The notes: a model not told the origin generated them from the letters alone. A stretch of 64,000 nucleotides of DNA from Candidatus Aminicenantes bacterium (GCA_046483285.1 JAWODN010000119.1:6015-70014), one strand, 5' to 3'. Shown: positions 21,932 through 35,704, numbered from the stretch's first letter. Numbers and translations: made by a program.

Positions 21932-22268
21932 TAACAATCCGGGAAAAAAACACCAGGAAAGACAAAAAGATATTTCCAGCCGTATCGGGAAAAAAGCAAA
22001 AAGAAAACTGGAAGCCCGGAAACATAAAGAAGAAGAGAGCATCTGGTTCGGCCTGGGTATGTTCGGTTTGGTGGGCTGGGCGGTCTCTATACCCACCGTG
22101 ATCGGAATCGCCGTGGGCGTCTGGCTGGATTCGCGGTACCCGGGACCGGTTTCCTGGACATTGACCTTTTTGGTCATCGGCATTGCTCTGGGATGCTGGA
22201 ACGCCTGGTACTGGGTTTCCAAGGAAAGAGACCGCATCCAAAAAAAAGACGGGAATGATGATGAATGA
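21924..22268 (+). CDS. atpQ: N-ATPase accessory membrane protein AtpQ (AtpI/AtpZ-like)
   Basis: 114 aa with a basic N-terminus and two TM helices. Its position between epsilon and the a subunit is diagnostic of N-ATPase operons. Confidence 0.6.
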
Positions 22269-22563
22269 GATTTTAGGCTATGTTCTGTCCCTGATCGCGG
22301 GTTTCATTTTGGGTTATATTTTTTTCGGCGGGCTCTGGTTGACGGTCCGGCGCCTCCCCGAAATGAAAAAGCCTTTCCTGTGGACGATGCTGAGTTTGCT
22401 TTTACGGCTGGGAATATCTTTGACCGGATTTTACTTTATCGTCCGTGGAGGACATTGGCTCCGGCTGCTGGTTTGCCTGGCGGGTTTCATGGCCGTGCGC
22501 TTTATTATGTCGGCTCCCATGAAGAAGCAGCTGGATTCAAGCAAGAATGAGGGTAAAGAATGA
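22255..22563 (+). CDS. atpR: N-ATPase accessory membrane protein AtpR
   Basis: About 102 aa small membrane protein with Arg in a TM segment. The start was taken at 'MMMNEILGY'. Confidence 0.55.
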   Translation: MMMNEILGYVLSLIAGFILGYIFFGGLWLTVRRLPEMKKPFLWTMLSLLLRLGISLTGFYFIVRGGHWLRLLVCLAGFMAVRFIMSAPMKKQLDSSKNEGKE

Positions 22564-23276
22564 ATATCAGCCCGGATGCCATCGTTTTTTGGGAGTGGGG
22601 TTTTATCAAAATCAATGCCACCATAGTTTTCACCTGGGTGGTTATGGGATTTTTGGTCCTGATTTCCTGGCGGGTGACCCGGCGTTTATCGGTGGGGACA
22701 AGATTTTCCCGCGGCCAGATGTTTCTCGAAGCCCTGGTGGATGTCATCCAAAGCCAAATAAGAGATATCGTCCGCCGGGATCCTTCCCCCTATTTGCCCT
22801 TTATCGGAACCCTGTTTCTGTTCATCTCGGTTTCCAATTTTTTTGCTTTTGTCCCTGGTTACCAACCGCCGACCGGATCCATCACCACCACAGCGGCGTT
22901 GGCGATATGTGTGTTTTTTGCGGTTCCCATTTACGGGATCGCCCATGTTGGAGCCGCCGGATATTTCAAGCATTATATTAAACCATCTGTTTTCATGCTG
23001 CCTTTTCATATCATCGGGGAGTTGTCGCGAACCCTGGCATTGGCCGTGCGGCTTTTCGGTAATGTTATGAGCGGAACCATGATTGCGGCGCTGCTTCTTT
23101 CAGTCGCCCCCTTGTTTCTGCCGGCGGTCATGGAAGCCCTGAGTTTGCTGATCGGCCAAATACAGGCTTATATTTTTGCTGTTCTGGCTGCGGTCTACAT
23201 TGCTTCCGCCAGCCGGGCCAGAGAAGAAGAAAAACATAAGGTTGAATCCGCTGAATCTAAGAAGAAGGAGGAATAA
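22560..23276 (+). CDS. atpB: ATP synthase a subunit (N-type)
   Basis: 238 aa polytopic protein with the conserved Arg region 'ELSRTLALAVRLFGNVMSG'. Confidence 0.85.
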   Translation: MNISPDAIVFWEWGFIKINATIVFTWVVMGFLVLISWRVTRRLSVGTRFSRGQMFLEALVDVIQSQIRDIVRRDPSPYLPFIGTLFLFISVSNFFAFVPGYQPPTGSITTTAALAICVFFAVPIYGIAHVGAAGYFKHYIKPSVFMLPFHIIGELSRTLALAVRLFGNVMSGTMIAALLLSVAPLFLPAVMEALSLLIGQIQAYIFAVLAAVYIASASRAREEEKHKVESAESKKKEE

Positions 23277-23278
23277 TC

Positions 23279-23554
23279 ATGGGGAGTATCAATATAATCG
23301 GAGCCGCATCGATTATCATTGCCGGATTGACCATCGCCATCGGTTCCATAGGTCCCGCTTTGGGAGAAGGCCGGGCCCTGGCCCAGGCCTTAAGTGCCAT
23401 CGCGCAGCAGCCGGATGAATCCAATACCATCACCCGGACCCTGTTTGTCGGCCTGGCCATGATTGAGTCAACCGCTATCTACTGTTTTGTGATTTCCATC
23501 ATTTTGATTTTCGCCAATCCATTTTGGAGTCACGTCATTCAATCAGGGGGTTGA
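23279..23554 (+). CDS. atpE: ATP synthase c subunit (N-type) with full Na+-site residues in helix 2 and Glu in helix 1
   Basis: 91 aa hairpin. Helix 2 reads 'GLAMIESTAIY' (E-S-T-x-x-Y). Helix 1 reads 'LGEG', where Na+-ATPase c subunits normally have 'GQG'. The RBS is 'aaggagg'. Confidence 0.85.
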   Translation: MGSINIIGAASIIIAGLTIAIGSIGPALGEGRALAQALSAIAQQPDESNTITRTLFVGLAMIESTAIYCFVISIILIFANPFWSHVIQSGG

Positions 23555-23556
23555 AG

Positions 23557-24393
23557 GTGGAAATAGATCTTTTCACATTTATCGCCCAGATCATCAATTT
23601 TTTGATACTGATCATTTTGCTGCGCCAATTGTTGTATAAACGCATTGTCAAGGCGATGGATGAACGGGAGGGAAGAATCCAGGCGCGACTGGAGGGAGCG
23701 GAAAAAAAACAGGAAAAGGCTGACCAGGAGGCGGAATCCTACAGGCGGAAACAGGAAGAATTGGAACAAAAAAAACAAAGTATTATCACTAAAGCCGAAC
23801 AAGAGGCGGATGAAAAGAAGCAGGACCTCCTCAAGAAGGCCCGCCAGGAGGTGGACGGAAATCAAAAAAAATGGCGGGAGTCTCTGCATAGACAAAAAGA
23901 TACTTTTATGACCGGTTTAAGGGAAACCGCCGGCCGCCAAATTTATGCCGCGGTTCGAAAAGTTTTAAATGACCTGGCGGATGAAGAATTGGAAAATCAA
24001 ATCATTCGTTTTTTTATTCAAAGAATTGAGAATCTAGATAAGGGGCGGAAAAAAGAACTCCGGTCTCAACTGAAGGAATCCGGCGGCCGGGTGGTGATCC
24101 ACAGCGCTTTCGGGATTGAAAAAAAGCTGCGGGAGTCATTGAAAAAGGCGGTTAATGACCTTTTTGACCAAGGAGTGGAGCTGGAATTTAAAAAGGACAG
24201 CGAATTGGTTTGCGGAGTGGAGCTGCATGCCCGGGATCAAATCATAGCTTGGAGCATCGACAGTTATTTATCAGAACTGGAAGAACATATGTCCCGCCGG
24301 TTGGAAGATAATCTTCCGCGGGGAAAAGAGGAAAAAGACTCCGGAAACCAGACGGAAAATAAACCCCATGAATCCGAAAAACAAAAAAAATAA
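23557..24393 (+). CDS. atpF: ATP synthase b subunit, extended (no separate delta subunit in operon)
   Basis: An N-terminal TM helix is followed by a long K/E-rich coiled coil. The likely start is GTG at 23557 with RBS 'caggggg', directly after the atpE stop. The longest ORF from ATG 23524 would overlap atpE. Confidence 0.7.
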   Translation: MEIDLFTFIAQIINFLILIILLRQLLYKRIVKAMDEREGRIQARLEGAEKKQEKADQEAESYRRKQEELEQKKQSIITKAEQEADEKKQDLLKKARQEVDGNQKKWRESLHRQKDTFMTGLRETAGRQIYAAVRKVLNDLADEELENQIIRFFIQRIENLDKGRKKELRSQLKESGGRVVIHSAFGIEKKLRESLKKAVNDLFDQGVELEFKKDSELVCGVELHARDQIIAWSIDSYLSELEEHMSRRLEDNLPRGKEEKDSGNQTENKPHESEKQKK

Positions 24394-25924
24394 CAACCCC
24401 CATGCTTCTCTAAACCAAATCCTGGAGCAGATGGAATCGGATGTGTCCCTCTCCATGCAGGATCATCAAGCTGAAATCTCCACTCGTGAAACCGGCCGGG
24501 TGTTCAGCGTGGGGAGAGGCGTGGCCAGGATCAGGGGGTTGTCTGGTGTCAAATATGAAGAGCTCCTGCAGTTTCCCGGACAGAAGATGGGGATTGCTCT
24601 TAATCTGGATAAAGATGAAGTGGCTGCGGTCCTGCTGGATGAATATGAAAACATCAGCGCGGGAGATGAAGCCAGAAGGACCGGAAGGGTCATGGATGTT
24701 CCGGTGGGGGAAGAGCTGATCGGCAGAGTGGTGGACCCCCTGGGAAGGCCTCTTGATCGAAAAGAACCCATACGAACGCGGGAAAGATTGCCGGTTGAAA
24801 GAAAAGCCCCCCCGATCATGCATAGAGCCCCGGTAGAAGTGCCGCTGCAGACCGGGCTCCAGGTGGTGGATGCCTTGATTCCGGTCGGCCGCGGCCAAAG
24901 AGAGCTGATCCTGGGGGACCGCCAGATTGGGAAAACGGCTGTGGCATTGGATACCATCATCAATCAAACCGGCAAAGACATGATTTGCATATACTGCAGC
25001 ATTGGAAAAGAGAGCGGCACCGTTGCCAAAGTGATTTCGGATTTGAAGCGGTTCAAGGCCATGGAATATACCATCGTGGTCGCCGCTCATGGAGAAGAAC
25101 CCCCGGGATTTAATTTTATCGCCCCTTATGCGGCCACCAGCATGGCGGAATATTTCATGGAAAAGGGGGAGGATGTTCTCATTGTCTATGATGATTTGAC
25201 CCGCCATGCCCGCTCCTACCGGGAATTATCCCTGCTGTTGCGCCGCCCCCCGGCGAGGGAAGCGTACCCAGGGGATATTTTTTATATCCATTCCCGGTTA
25301 TTGGAACGGTCAACCCATTTAAGAGAAGATTACGGAGGGGGTTCGTTGACGGCCCTTCCCATCATTGAAACCCAGGCTGAAAATATTTCCGCTTATATTC
25401 CCACCAATCTGGTGTCTATCACGGACGGACAGATTTATCTGTCTCCGAAATTGTTCGGAGAGGGCATTTTGCCCGCCGTGGATGTGGGGAAATCGGTGTC
25501 CAGAGTCGGCGGCAAGACTCAGCTTCCAGCCTACCGGGAAGTGGCCGGCGATCTCCGGCTTTCATATTCCCAGTATAAAGAGCTGGAAACATTTGCCCGG
25601 TTCGGCACCCGTCTGGATGAGGAAACCCGGAAGACTTTAGAAAGAGGGAGGAGGGTCCGGGAAGTTTTGAAGCAGCCGCAGTATCAGCCTATCCCCATGG
25701 CTGAACAGATGGCGGTGCTGCTGGCGGTTTCCGAAGGATTGCTGGATGCCGTTTCCTTGCCCAAGATCGAAGAAGTGAAGACACGTATCCGGAATAATAT
25801 CCGGGAACGGGTTCCGGATGCGGCGCGGCGTATGGAAGAAGGCGAAAAATTGAGCGAAAAGGATAAGAATGAAATTATATCTCAAATCCAGGATATCATC
25901 GCCGATCTTCAGGAGAGCGAATAA
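24368..25924 (+). CDS. atpA: N-type ATPase alpha subunit
   Basis: 518 aa with Walker A 'GDRQIGKT' and typical F1-alpha blocks. Confidence 0.9.
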   Translation: MNPKNKKNNNPHASLNQILEQMESDVSLSMQDHQAEISTRETGRVFSVGRGVARIRGLSGVKYEELLQFPGQKMGIALNLDKDEVAAVLLDEYENISAGDEARRTGRVMDVPVGEELIGRVVDPLGRPLDRKEPIRTRERLPVERKAPPIMHRAPVEVPLQTGLQVVDALIPVGRGQRELILGDRQIGKTAVALDTIINQTGKDMICIYCSIGKESGTVAKVISDLKRFKAMEYTIVVAAHGEEPPGFNFIAPYAATSMAEYFMEKGEDVLIVYDDLTRHARSYRELSLLLRRPPAREAYPGDIFYIHSRLLERSTHLREDYGGGSLTALPIIETQAENISAYIPTNLVSITDGQIYLSPKLFGEGILPAVDVGKSVSRVGGKTQLPAYREVAGDLRLSYSQYKELETFARFGTRLDEETRKTLERGRRVREVLKQPQYQPIPMAEQMAVLLAVSEGLLDAVSLPKIEEVKTRIRNNIRERVPDAARRMEEGEKLSEKDKNEIISQIQDIIADLQESE

Positions 25925-26802
25925 TGGAGCAATTGGAAACCTTGAGGAGAAGACTCCAAAGCGCCCGGGACCTTCACTCGGTGGTAAAAACCATGAAAAC
26001 CCTGGCCGCCGTCAATATCCGGGAATATGAACAAGGGGTGGAGTCGCTGAAAGATTATTTCCGCAGTATTGAAATGGGGCTGCAGATTCTCATGCGGAAT
26101 AAACCGGAAAGAATCCGGCTGGTTTCTCCTGAAAAGGAAGAGAAGCTGGGAGCGGTGGTCTTTGGTTCGGAACAGGGAATGGTGGGACAGTTCAACGAAA
26201 AAATCGCTGAATTCGCATGGAAACAGTTGAATGAGATGAAAGTTGAAAAGAAAAACCGGACCGTTATGGCGTTGGGCGGAAAACTCATTGGAAGGCTGGA
26301 GGCCTTGGGAGTTGAGGTTGAAGAGGCCATCCATGTTTTCGGTTCTATGGTGGATATCAATGAGGTCAACCAAGAAGTTTTGCTGAAAGTTCAAGAGTGG
26401 CGCCTGGAAAAAAAAGTAAGCCGGATCATTTTATTTTATAACCGTCCGGCTTCCGGGACCACATACACCCAGGCCATGCGCAAGCTGCTTCCTTTGGATG
26501 AGGAATGGCTTAATGACCTCGAAAGCAAGAAATGGCCCACTCATATGCTGCCTGCTTTTTTCATGGATTGGGATAAACTGTTTTCCGCTTTGATCCAGGA
26601 ATTCTTTTTTGTGACATTATATCAGGCTTCCGTGGAATCCCTCGCCAGCGAAAACGCCAGCAGGCTGGCTTCCATGCAGGCGGCGGAAAAAAACATCCAG
26701 GAGCGCCTGGATGAGCTCAGCCTTAAATATCAGCAGCAGCGCCAGCAATCCATAACCGCTGAGCTGCTGGATATCGTCTCAGGGTTCGAAGTGCTGTCGT
26801 GA
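25924..26802 (+). CDS. atpG: N-type ATPase gamma subunit
   Basis: 292 aa with 'ASENASRLASMQAAEKN' near the C-terminus, typical of gamma. It is the last ATPase gene. Confidence 0.85.
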   Translation: MEQLETLRRRLQSARDLHSVVKTMKTLAAVNIREYEQGVESLKDYFRSIEMGLQILMRNKPERIRLVSPEKEEKLGAVVFGSEQGMVGQFNEKIAEFAWKQLNEMKVEKKNRTVMALGGKLIGRLEALGVEVEEAIHVFGSMVDINEVNQEVLLKVQEWRLEKKVSRIILFYNRPASGTTYTQAMRKLLPLDEEWLNDLESKKWPTHMLPAFFMDWDKLFSALIQEFFFVTLYQASVESLASENASRLASMQAAEKNIQERLDELSLKYQQQRQQSITAELLDIVSGFEVLS

Positions 26803-27545
26803 GGGAAAAAACGGACAGAAAAAATATCCACATCGGGACCTCAGGCTGGCATTACCGGCATTGGAAAGGCCCTTTTTATCCAGAGGACATTCCGGATAAG
26901 GATCTATTGAAATATTACGCCCGTCATTTCCGGACGGCTGAAATCAATAATTCTTTTTACCGGGTCCCGGATGAAAAGACTTTGAAGCAATGGGTCCGGA
27001 CCGCCGGCGGGGGCTTTGTTTTTTCCGCCAAAGGCAGCCGCTATATCTCTCATATGAAAAAATTAAAGGATCCTCAAGAGCCTGTGAAAAAATTCATGGA
27101 TAAAATCAGTGTTCTGGGAGACTCTCTGGGCCCGGTATTGTTTCAGCTGCCTCCCCATTGGAGAAAGAACAGGGACAGATTGAAATCATTTTTGGAAGCT
27201 CTGCCAGAGGGTTACCGGTTTGCCGTTGAATTCCGGGACCCGGATTGGTTTGGAGATGATATCAACCGATTGCTGGAAAAACATCAAACCGCTTTCTGCA
27301 TATATGATTTCAACCGCAGGCGGTCCCCCAAGACGGTGACCGCGGATTTTGTGTATATCCGCCTGCACGGCCCGGACGGACCCTACGAAGGGAAATACGA
27401 CAATCAAACTTTGTCCGGCTGGGCCGGAGCGATTTCACAGTGGGAAAAACAAGGAAAAGAAATCTTTTGTTATTTCGACAATGACCAGGCCGGATTCGCA
27501 GCTGAAAACGCTGGGCAGCTTCAAAAAATGACAGGAGAGGAATAA
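26799..27545 (+). CDS. DUF72 (YecE/UPF0759) family protein
   Basis: 248 aa with N-terminal 'IHIGTSGWHYRHW...FYP' and 'YYARHFRTAEINNSFYR'. The GTG start overlaps the atpG stop (GTGA). Confidence 0.8.
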   Translation: MREKTDRKNIHIGTSGWHYRHWKGPFYPEDIPDKDLLKYYARHFRTAEINNSFYRVPDEKTLKQWVRTAGGGFVFSAKGSRYISHMKKLKDPQEPVKKFMDKISVLGDSLGPVLFQLPPHWRKNRDRLKSFLEALPEGYRFAVEFRDPDWFGDDINRLLEKHQTAFCIYDFNRRRSPKTVTADFVYIRLHGPDGPYEGKYDNQTLSGWAGAISQWEKQGKEIFCYFDNDQAGFAAENAGQLQKMTGEE

Positions 27546-27548
27546 AGC

Positions 27549-31356
<3,808 letters not shown>

Positions 31357-31387
31357 ATCCGGCCCGGCTGGAACATCACCGTTCTTT

Positions 31388-31420
31388 ATGAATTCGTCAT
31401 GTGTATAATACACCACGAAC
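31388..31420. repeat. left copy of a 33-bp (extendable to about 70 bp) inverted repeat; partner at 38123-38155
   Basis: 'atgaattcgtcatgtgtataatacaccacgaac' matches the reverse complement of 38123-38155 at 31 of 33 positions. Similarity continues with gaps for about 20 nt on each side. Confidence 0.7.
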
Positions 31421-31469
31421 CATGAAAATGATCCCAATGTCATTGCCGGAGCGGAGCACTTTTGAGTCT

Positions 31470-31830
31470 GTCATTCCGGGGCACGCCGTGCCTTTGAGTG
31501 TGTCATCCCGCGGTGCGAAGCACCGAGGGATCCCTTACTGGTTCGTTTTGGCGGTGGGTTCTGCTTTCACGAGGCAGGAAGGGATTGCCGCGGCTTGCTG
31601 GCGCAAGCCTCGCAATGACAAGGGGGCATGTCATTCCGGGGCACGCCGTGCCTTTGAGTGTGTCATCCCGCGGTGCGAAGCACCGAGGGATCCCTTACTT
31701 CTTCGTCTTGGCGGTTGGCCCCGCTTTCACGAGGCAGGAAGGGATTGCCGCGGCTTGCTGGCGCAAGCCTCGCAATGACAAAGTGGAATGTCGTCCCGGG
31801 GAGCGAAGCGATGAGGGATCTGTGAGTGCC
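31470..31830. repeat. 160-bp tandem repeat (2 full units plus a degenerate third), hairpin-rich
   Basis: Unit 1 spans 31470-31629 and unit 2 spans 31630-31789, with more than 90% identity. A partial degenerate unit follows to about 31830. Each unit starts 'gtcattccgggg' and ends 'cctcgcaatgacaa', and contains several perfect hairpins (ggcacg/cgtgcc; cggtgc-gaa-gcaccg; ggcttgc/gcaagcc). Confidence 0.8.
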
Positions 31831-31871
31831 TCGGCTAATGAGTCAGAACCGACTCATCAGACGAAGCCGAA

Positions 31872-31928
31872 TAAGATCCTCACGGCCTGCTTCGCAGGCC
31901 TCAGGATGACAGCGGAGCTGTCATTTTC
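31872..31928 (+). repeat. 57-bp double-hairpin element (copy A), terminator-like
   Basis: Identical 57 of 57 to 41907-41963. It contains a ggcctgc-ttc-gcaggcc hairpin nested in atcct/aggat, then gacagc-gga-gctgtc followed by ATTTTC. Both copies lie just 3' of plus-strand genes. Confidence 0.75.
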
Positions 31929-32011
31929 TAAGGTATAGGTCAGGCTTGCCTGGCCTGTTCACGGGCCGCGATCGCAATTTTTTTATGAATAAGCCAGGGG
32001 AATGAATCAGG

Positions 32012-32824
32012 TTGGATAAGGAGAAAACAATGCCGGAATTACCCGATGTGGAAGTTTTCAGACAATATATGGAGGCCACATCTCTGCACAAGAAAATAAC
32101 AGGCGTGGAGGTTGAAAATGAACGGGTCCTCCAGGATATCACTCCCTCCGGATTAGGTCAAAAGCTCAAGGGGCGCCTGTTCGAAAGAACCAGACGGCAT
32201 GGAAAACATATGTTCGCCTGTGCGGATGGGGAATTCTGGGTGATGTTCCATTTCGGCATGACCGGCTTTTTCAAGTATTTCAAGAATGAAGAAGACAAAC
32301 CGCCTCACGCCCGGGTGTTGTTTCATTTTGATAATGGATTTTGTCTGGCTTATGACAGCCAGAGGATGTTGGGGAAAATCAGGATCGTGGAAGACGCGGG
32401 GGATTTTATCCGGCAGAACGAATTAGGTCAAGACGCCCTGGGTTTGTCCTGGGACGCTTTTCAAAACCGGATGCATGGCCGGCGCGGCACGGTGAAAACC
32501 GCCTTGATGAATCAGAGCCTTATGGCCGGCATCGGAAATATTTACTCGGACGAGATTTTATTTCAAACCGGAATCCATCCTAAAACCCAAATGAACAATC
32601 TGAATGAAGGCCTTCTTAAAAAGATGCATGAGCACATGCAGAGGGTTTTGAAAACAGCCGTTGACAAAAAAGCGGATCCGGAGGAATTCCCGGATGATTT
32701 TCTGGTTCCACACCGGGGAAGCGGAAATAAATGCCCCCGCTGCGGCGGAGAGATAAAAAAAGTCAAAGTGAACAACCGGGGAACCTATTTTTGCCCGCAA
32801 TGCCAGCCGTCTCCTCATAGTTGA
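32012..32824 (+). CDS. formamidopyrimidine-DNA glycosylase / endonuclease VIII family (Fpg/Nei)
   Basis: 270 aa with the N-terminal catalytic 'MPELPDVE', an H2TH region and a C-terminal zinc finger 'CPRCGGEI...CPQC'. Confidence 0.85.
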   Translation: MDKEKTMPELPDVEVFRQYMEATSLHKKITGVEVENERVLQDITPSGLGQKLKGRLFERTRRHGKHMFACADGEFWVMFHFGMTGFFKYFKNEEDKPPHARVLFHFDNGFCLAYDSQRMLGKIRIVEDAGDFIRQNELGQDALGLSWDAFQNRMHGRRGTVKTALMNQSLMAGIGNIYSDEILFQTGIHPKTQMNNLNEGLLKKMHEHMQRVLKTAVDKKADPEEFPDDFLVPHRGSGNKCPRCGGEIKKVKVNNRGTYFCPQCQPSPHS

Positions 32825-33064
32825 ATTTAGTCTATCTGGTCTATCTGGTTTGTCTGGTCTGGATGGGGTATTGGGGGGATGATTCGTTTCTCACAGCGTC
32901 CTCATGGCCCATCTGTTCTTGAATTTTATGGTTGAATTCATCATAATAGCCGTTAATCATGCGGATCACCGGGTTCTCTGAATTTAAAAAAACACTCCGT
33001 GAGGGATGATGAACAGGCCGAGCCGTTTTTTACCAGCCGGAAAGACCGGGAAAGGATTGCGAAA

Positions 33065-33925
33065 ATGAAAATAGCCCTTATTCAGCAGCACGCCGTATCG
33101 GACCATGAGGACAATATGGAACGGGGGATTGAGGCTTTTAAAAAAGCAGCGGCGAACGGTGCGGGCCTCATCGCCTTTGCTGAACTGGGATTGACCTATT
33201 TCTATCCCCAAAAACCCGCGGCGGAGGAAGACAAGAAAAAAGCCGAGACCGTTCCCGGTCCCTCCACGGATGTTTTTTCTCTTTTGTCCAGAGAGCACGG
33301 GGTGGTGACTGTTCTCAATCTCTTCGAACGCTGCGGGGACAATACTTATGATGCCTCCCCGGTCATCGATGCCGACGGAACGATTCTGGGAATAACCCGG
33401 ATGGCTCATGTTATGGATGGGCTGGGGTTTTATGAAAAAGGATATTATGCCCCCGGAGATAATGAGAATTTTGTTTATGATACTTCCGCCGGCCGGATCG
33501 GTGTCGCGATCTGTTATGACCGCCATTTCCCGGAATATATGCGCTGGCTGGGGATCCAAGGGGCTCAATTGGTGGTGGTGCCCCAAGCCGGTGCGGTGGG
33601 CGAATGGCCGGAAGGATTGTTCGAAGCCGAGCTCCGGGTGGCGGCTTTTCAAAACGGATATTTCGCGGTTCTGGTCAACCGGGTGGGAAAGGAAGACCAT
33701 CTTCATTTTGCCGGAGAATCCTTTGTGGTCGATCCGGAAGGCTGTGTGTTGGCCCAAGCCCCTGCAGAAGAGGACTTTATACTTTACGCTGAAGTGGACT
33801 TGGAGAAAACAGACGGATGCACGGCCCGGCGCTTTTTTATTCCGGACAGGCGCCCAGCGCTTTACCGGAGATTTTTTTGTTCAGAAACCCCACACGTCCA
33901 TCCAAAGGAAAAAGCCAGATCATGA
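33065..33925 (+). CDS. carbon-nitrogen hydrolase (nitrilase superfamily)
   Basis: Starts 'MKIALIQQ'. The catalytic Cys region is 'GRIGVAICYDRHFPE'. The Glu and Lys blocks are conserved. Confidence 0.8.
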   Translation: MKIALIQQHAVSDHEDNMERGIEAFKKAAANGAGLIAFAELGLTYFYPQKPAAEEDKKKAETVPGPSTDVFSLLSREHGVVTVLNLFERCGDNTYDASPVIDADGTILGITRMAHVMDGLGFYEKGYYAPGDNENFVYDTSAGRIGVAICYDRHFPEYMRWLGIQGAQLVVVPQAGAVGEWPEGLFEAELRVAAFQNGYFAVLVNRVGKEDHLHFAGESFVVDPEGCVLAQAPAEEDFILYAEVDLEKTDGCTARRFFIPDRRPALYRRFFCSETPHVHPKEKARS

Positions 33926-34401
33926 AAAAATGGTATGTGGTGAACACTCGCCCGAAAAAAGAGTTTCAAGTGGAAAGGCTTCTAAAAGAGGGCGGCTTTG
34001 AGGTGTACAATCCCAAATACAAGCAGGAAGGTTTTGTCCGCCCCTTTTTCACGGGATATGAATTTGTGCTTTTTGAATATCCTCAGCATTTCCGCTTGGT
34101 GAAATACACCCGCGGTGTCAAATCATTAGTCGGCAATGAGGAAGGTCCTATTCCTATACATGAAGAAATGATCGATGAAATCAAAAACAGGGAAATTGAC
34201 GGGTTTATCGAGCTGGAAAAATATGGGAGTGAACCGGATGTGGGGGATGAAATTCAAGTGATGGAAGGAGCCCTGAAGGGACTGAAAGGGGTTTTTAAAA
34301 AGGAGTTGTCGGGAACGGACCGGGCGATGATTTTATTAAATTATGTGTCCTATCAGGGCAAGCTGATAATCGAAAAAAAGAAACTGAAAAAAATATTATG
34401 A
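33922..34401 (+). CDS. NusG paralog (specialised transcription antiterminator, RfaH/LoaP/UpxY-like)
   Basis: 159 aa. The N-terminal NGN domain reads 'KKWYVVNTRPKKEFQVERLLKEGGFEVYNP'. The C-terminal KOW reads 'GDEIQVMEGALKGLKGVFKK'. Confidence 0.7.
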   Translation: MKKWYVVNTRPKKEFQVERLLKEGGFEVYNPKYKQEGFVRPFFTGYEFVLFEYPQHFRLVKYTRGVKSLVGNEEGPIPIHEEMIDEIKNREIDGFIELEKYGSEPDVGDEIQVMEGALKGLKGVFKKELSGTDRAMILLNYVSYQGKLIIEKKKLKKIL

Positions 34402-34428
34402 GCCGGACGGAATAGCATTCTCTGCGGC

Positions 34429-34509
34429 GGCCGTCAGGATGCACAGAGAAGATGCCGCAATGCATCCAGGTTGAGTTGGGATCCGGTGATAATCAAAGCC
34501 CTGTTTTTT
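34429..34509 (-). pseudogene. 81-bp duplicate of the 3' end of the threonine-dehydratase-like gene (direct repeat of 45360-45440)
   Basis: About 91% identical to 45360-45440. The minus-strand translation 'ALIITGSQLNLDALRHLLCAS*' mirrors the C-terminus of the 45365..46339 gene ('ALIITGSKLNLDTLRHLLCTS*'). Confidence 0.75.
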
Positions 34510-34795
34510 AAAAGGACAGAAATCCCCCTTGTCCTGGATCCGGGACGTTAGAGTATCATGTATTCTGATGGCTCCTCGGCTAAGAGAGAGAAAGGGAGAA
34601 GCTCTCGCAAGTGAAAAACCTGTTCCTCTTCCTGCGACCGGAAAAGGAAGATGAGGTGTTTGACGCCTGTTAACTCTAGTGTTGGTCAAACCATGATTCG
34701 CCGGCAGTATGCCAACTTGACAAAACTCCCTAATTGGCCGAAGCTGTAAAGAGTTGCAGGGGGGTGGAGGAACCCGTAAGGAAAGGAGGAGGACC

Positions 34796-35704
34796 ATGGA
34801 ACTCGCCATCATTGGACTTGGACGCATGGGCGGCAACATGGCCGAACGGCTCGTGGCGGCGGGTCATCGAGTCATCGGTTACGCCCGGCATATTGAAACG
34901 ATTGAGGCCTTTGAGAAAAAGGGGATCGTCGGAGCGTCCTCCCTTGAAGATCTCGTTTCGCGGTTGGCCCCGTCGCGGGTGATCTGGATCATGATCCCGC
35001 CCGGAGATCCCGTAGACGAGGCCCTCCGGTCCTTGGTCCCCTTACTGACGCCGAACGACATTCTCGTCGACGGAGGGAATTCCTTTTATAAAGATACCAT
35101 GCGCAGGGGGTCCTTTCTGCGAGAGAGAGGAATCCACTATGTGGACTGCGGGACGAGCGGGGGGATCTGGGGGCTTAAGGAAGGCTATAGTCTGATGATC
35201 GGCGGTGACAAAGAAGCCGTTGACCATCTCCGCCCCATCTTTGAGGCTCTCGCCCCCGCGCCCGACAAAGGGTGGGGCCGGGTGGGACCCTCCGGGGCCG
35301 GTCATTTCGTCAAGATGGTGCATAACGGTATCGAGTACGGGCTGATGCAGGCCTATGCGGAGGGGTTTGCCCTTATGAAAGGCAAGTCTGAATTCGGCCT
35401 GGACCTTCACCAGGTCTCTGAGATCTGGAGATCCGGGAGCGTCGTTCGATCCTGGCTCCTCGATCTCGCGTCGGAAGCTTTGGCCGAAGACCAGGATTTG
35501 GATGCCGTCGCGCCCAATGTCGCCGATTCCGGAGAGGGACGCTGGACCGTGATGGAAGCGATTGAGCAGGGCCGGACAGCCCCGGTCATCGCTCTGTCGC
35601 TTATGCAGCGTTTCCACTCGCAGGATCAATACGGCTTCGCGGATAGGCTCCTGGCCGTCCTGAGAAAAAAGTTCGGCGGCCACGCGGTTGAAAAGGATCA
35701 ATAG
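34796..35704 (+). CDS. gnd: 6-phosphogluconate dehydrogenase (decarboxylating), short YqeC/Gnd-like form
   Basis: The N-terminal Rossmann motif is 'MELAIIGLGRMGGNMAERL', with 'GTSGGIWG' and 'GAGHFVKMVHNGIEYG' blocks. The RBS is 'aggagg'. The region is locally GC-rich. Confidence 0.75.
   Translation: MELAIIGLGRMGGNMAERLVAAGHRVIGYARHIETIEAFEKKGIVGASSLEDLVSRLAPSRVIWIMIPPGDPVDEALRSLVPLLTPNDILVDGGNSFYKDTMRRGSFLRERGIHYVDCGTSGGIWGLKEGYSLMIGGDKEAVDHLRPIFEALAPAPDKGWGRVGPSGAGHFVKMVHNGIEYGLMQAYAEGFALMKGKSEFGLDLHQVSEIWRSGSVVRSWLLDLASEALAEDQDLDAVAPNVADSGEGRWTVMEAIEQGRTAPVIALSLMQRFHSQDQYGFADRLLAVLRKKFGGHAVEKDQ

Noticed and set aside
31470-31830. Possible CRISPR array
   Set aside because: The period is 160 bp with only 2.3 copies. 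Whole units are repeated rather than short constant repeats separated by unique spacers. No cas genes are nearby.
32829-32862. Short 9-bp tandem repeat (gtctatctg x about 3.5) after fpg
   Set aside because: It is a simple microsatellite-like slippage tract with no obvious function. It is noted only as a potential phase-variable or assembly-sensitive site.
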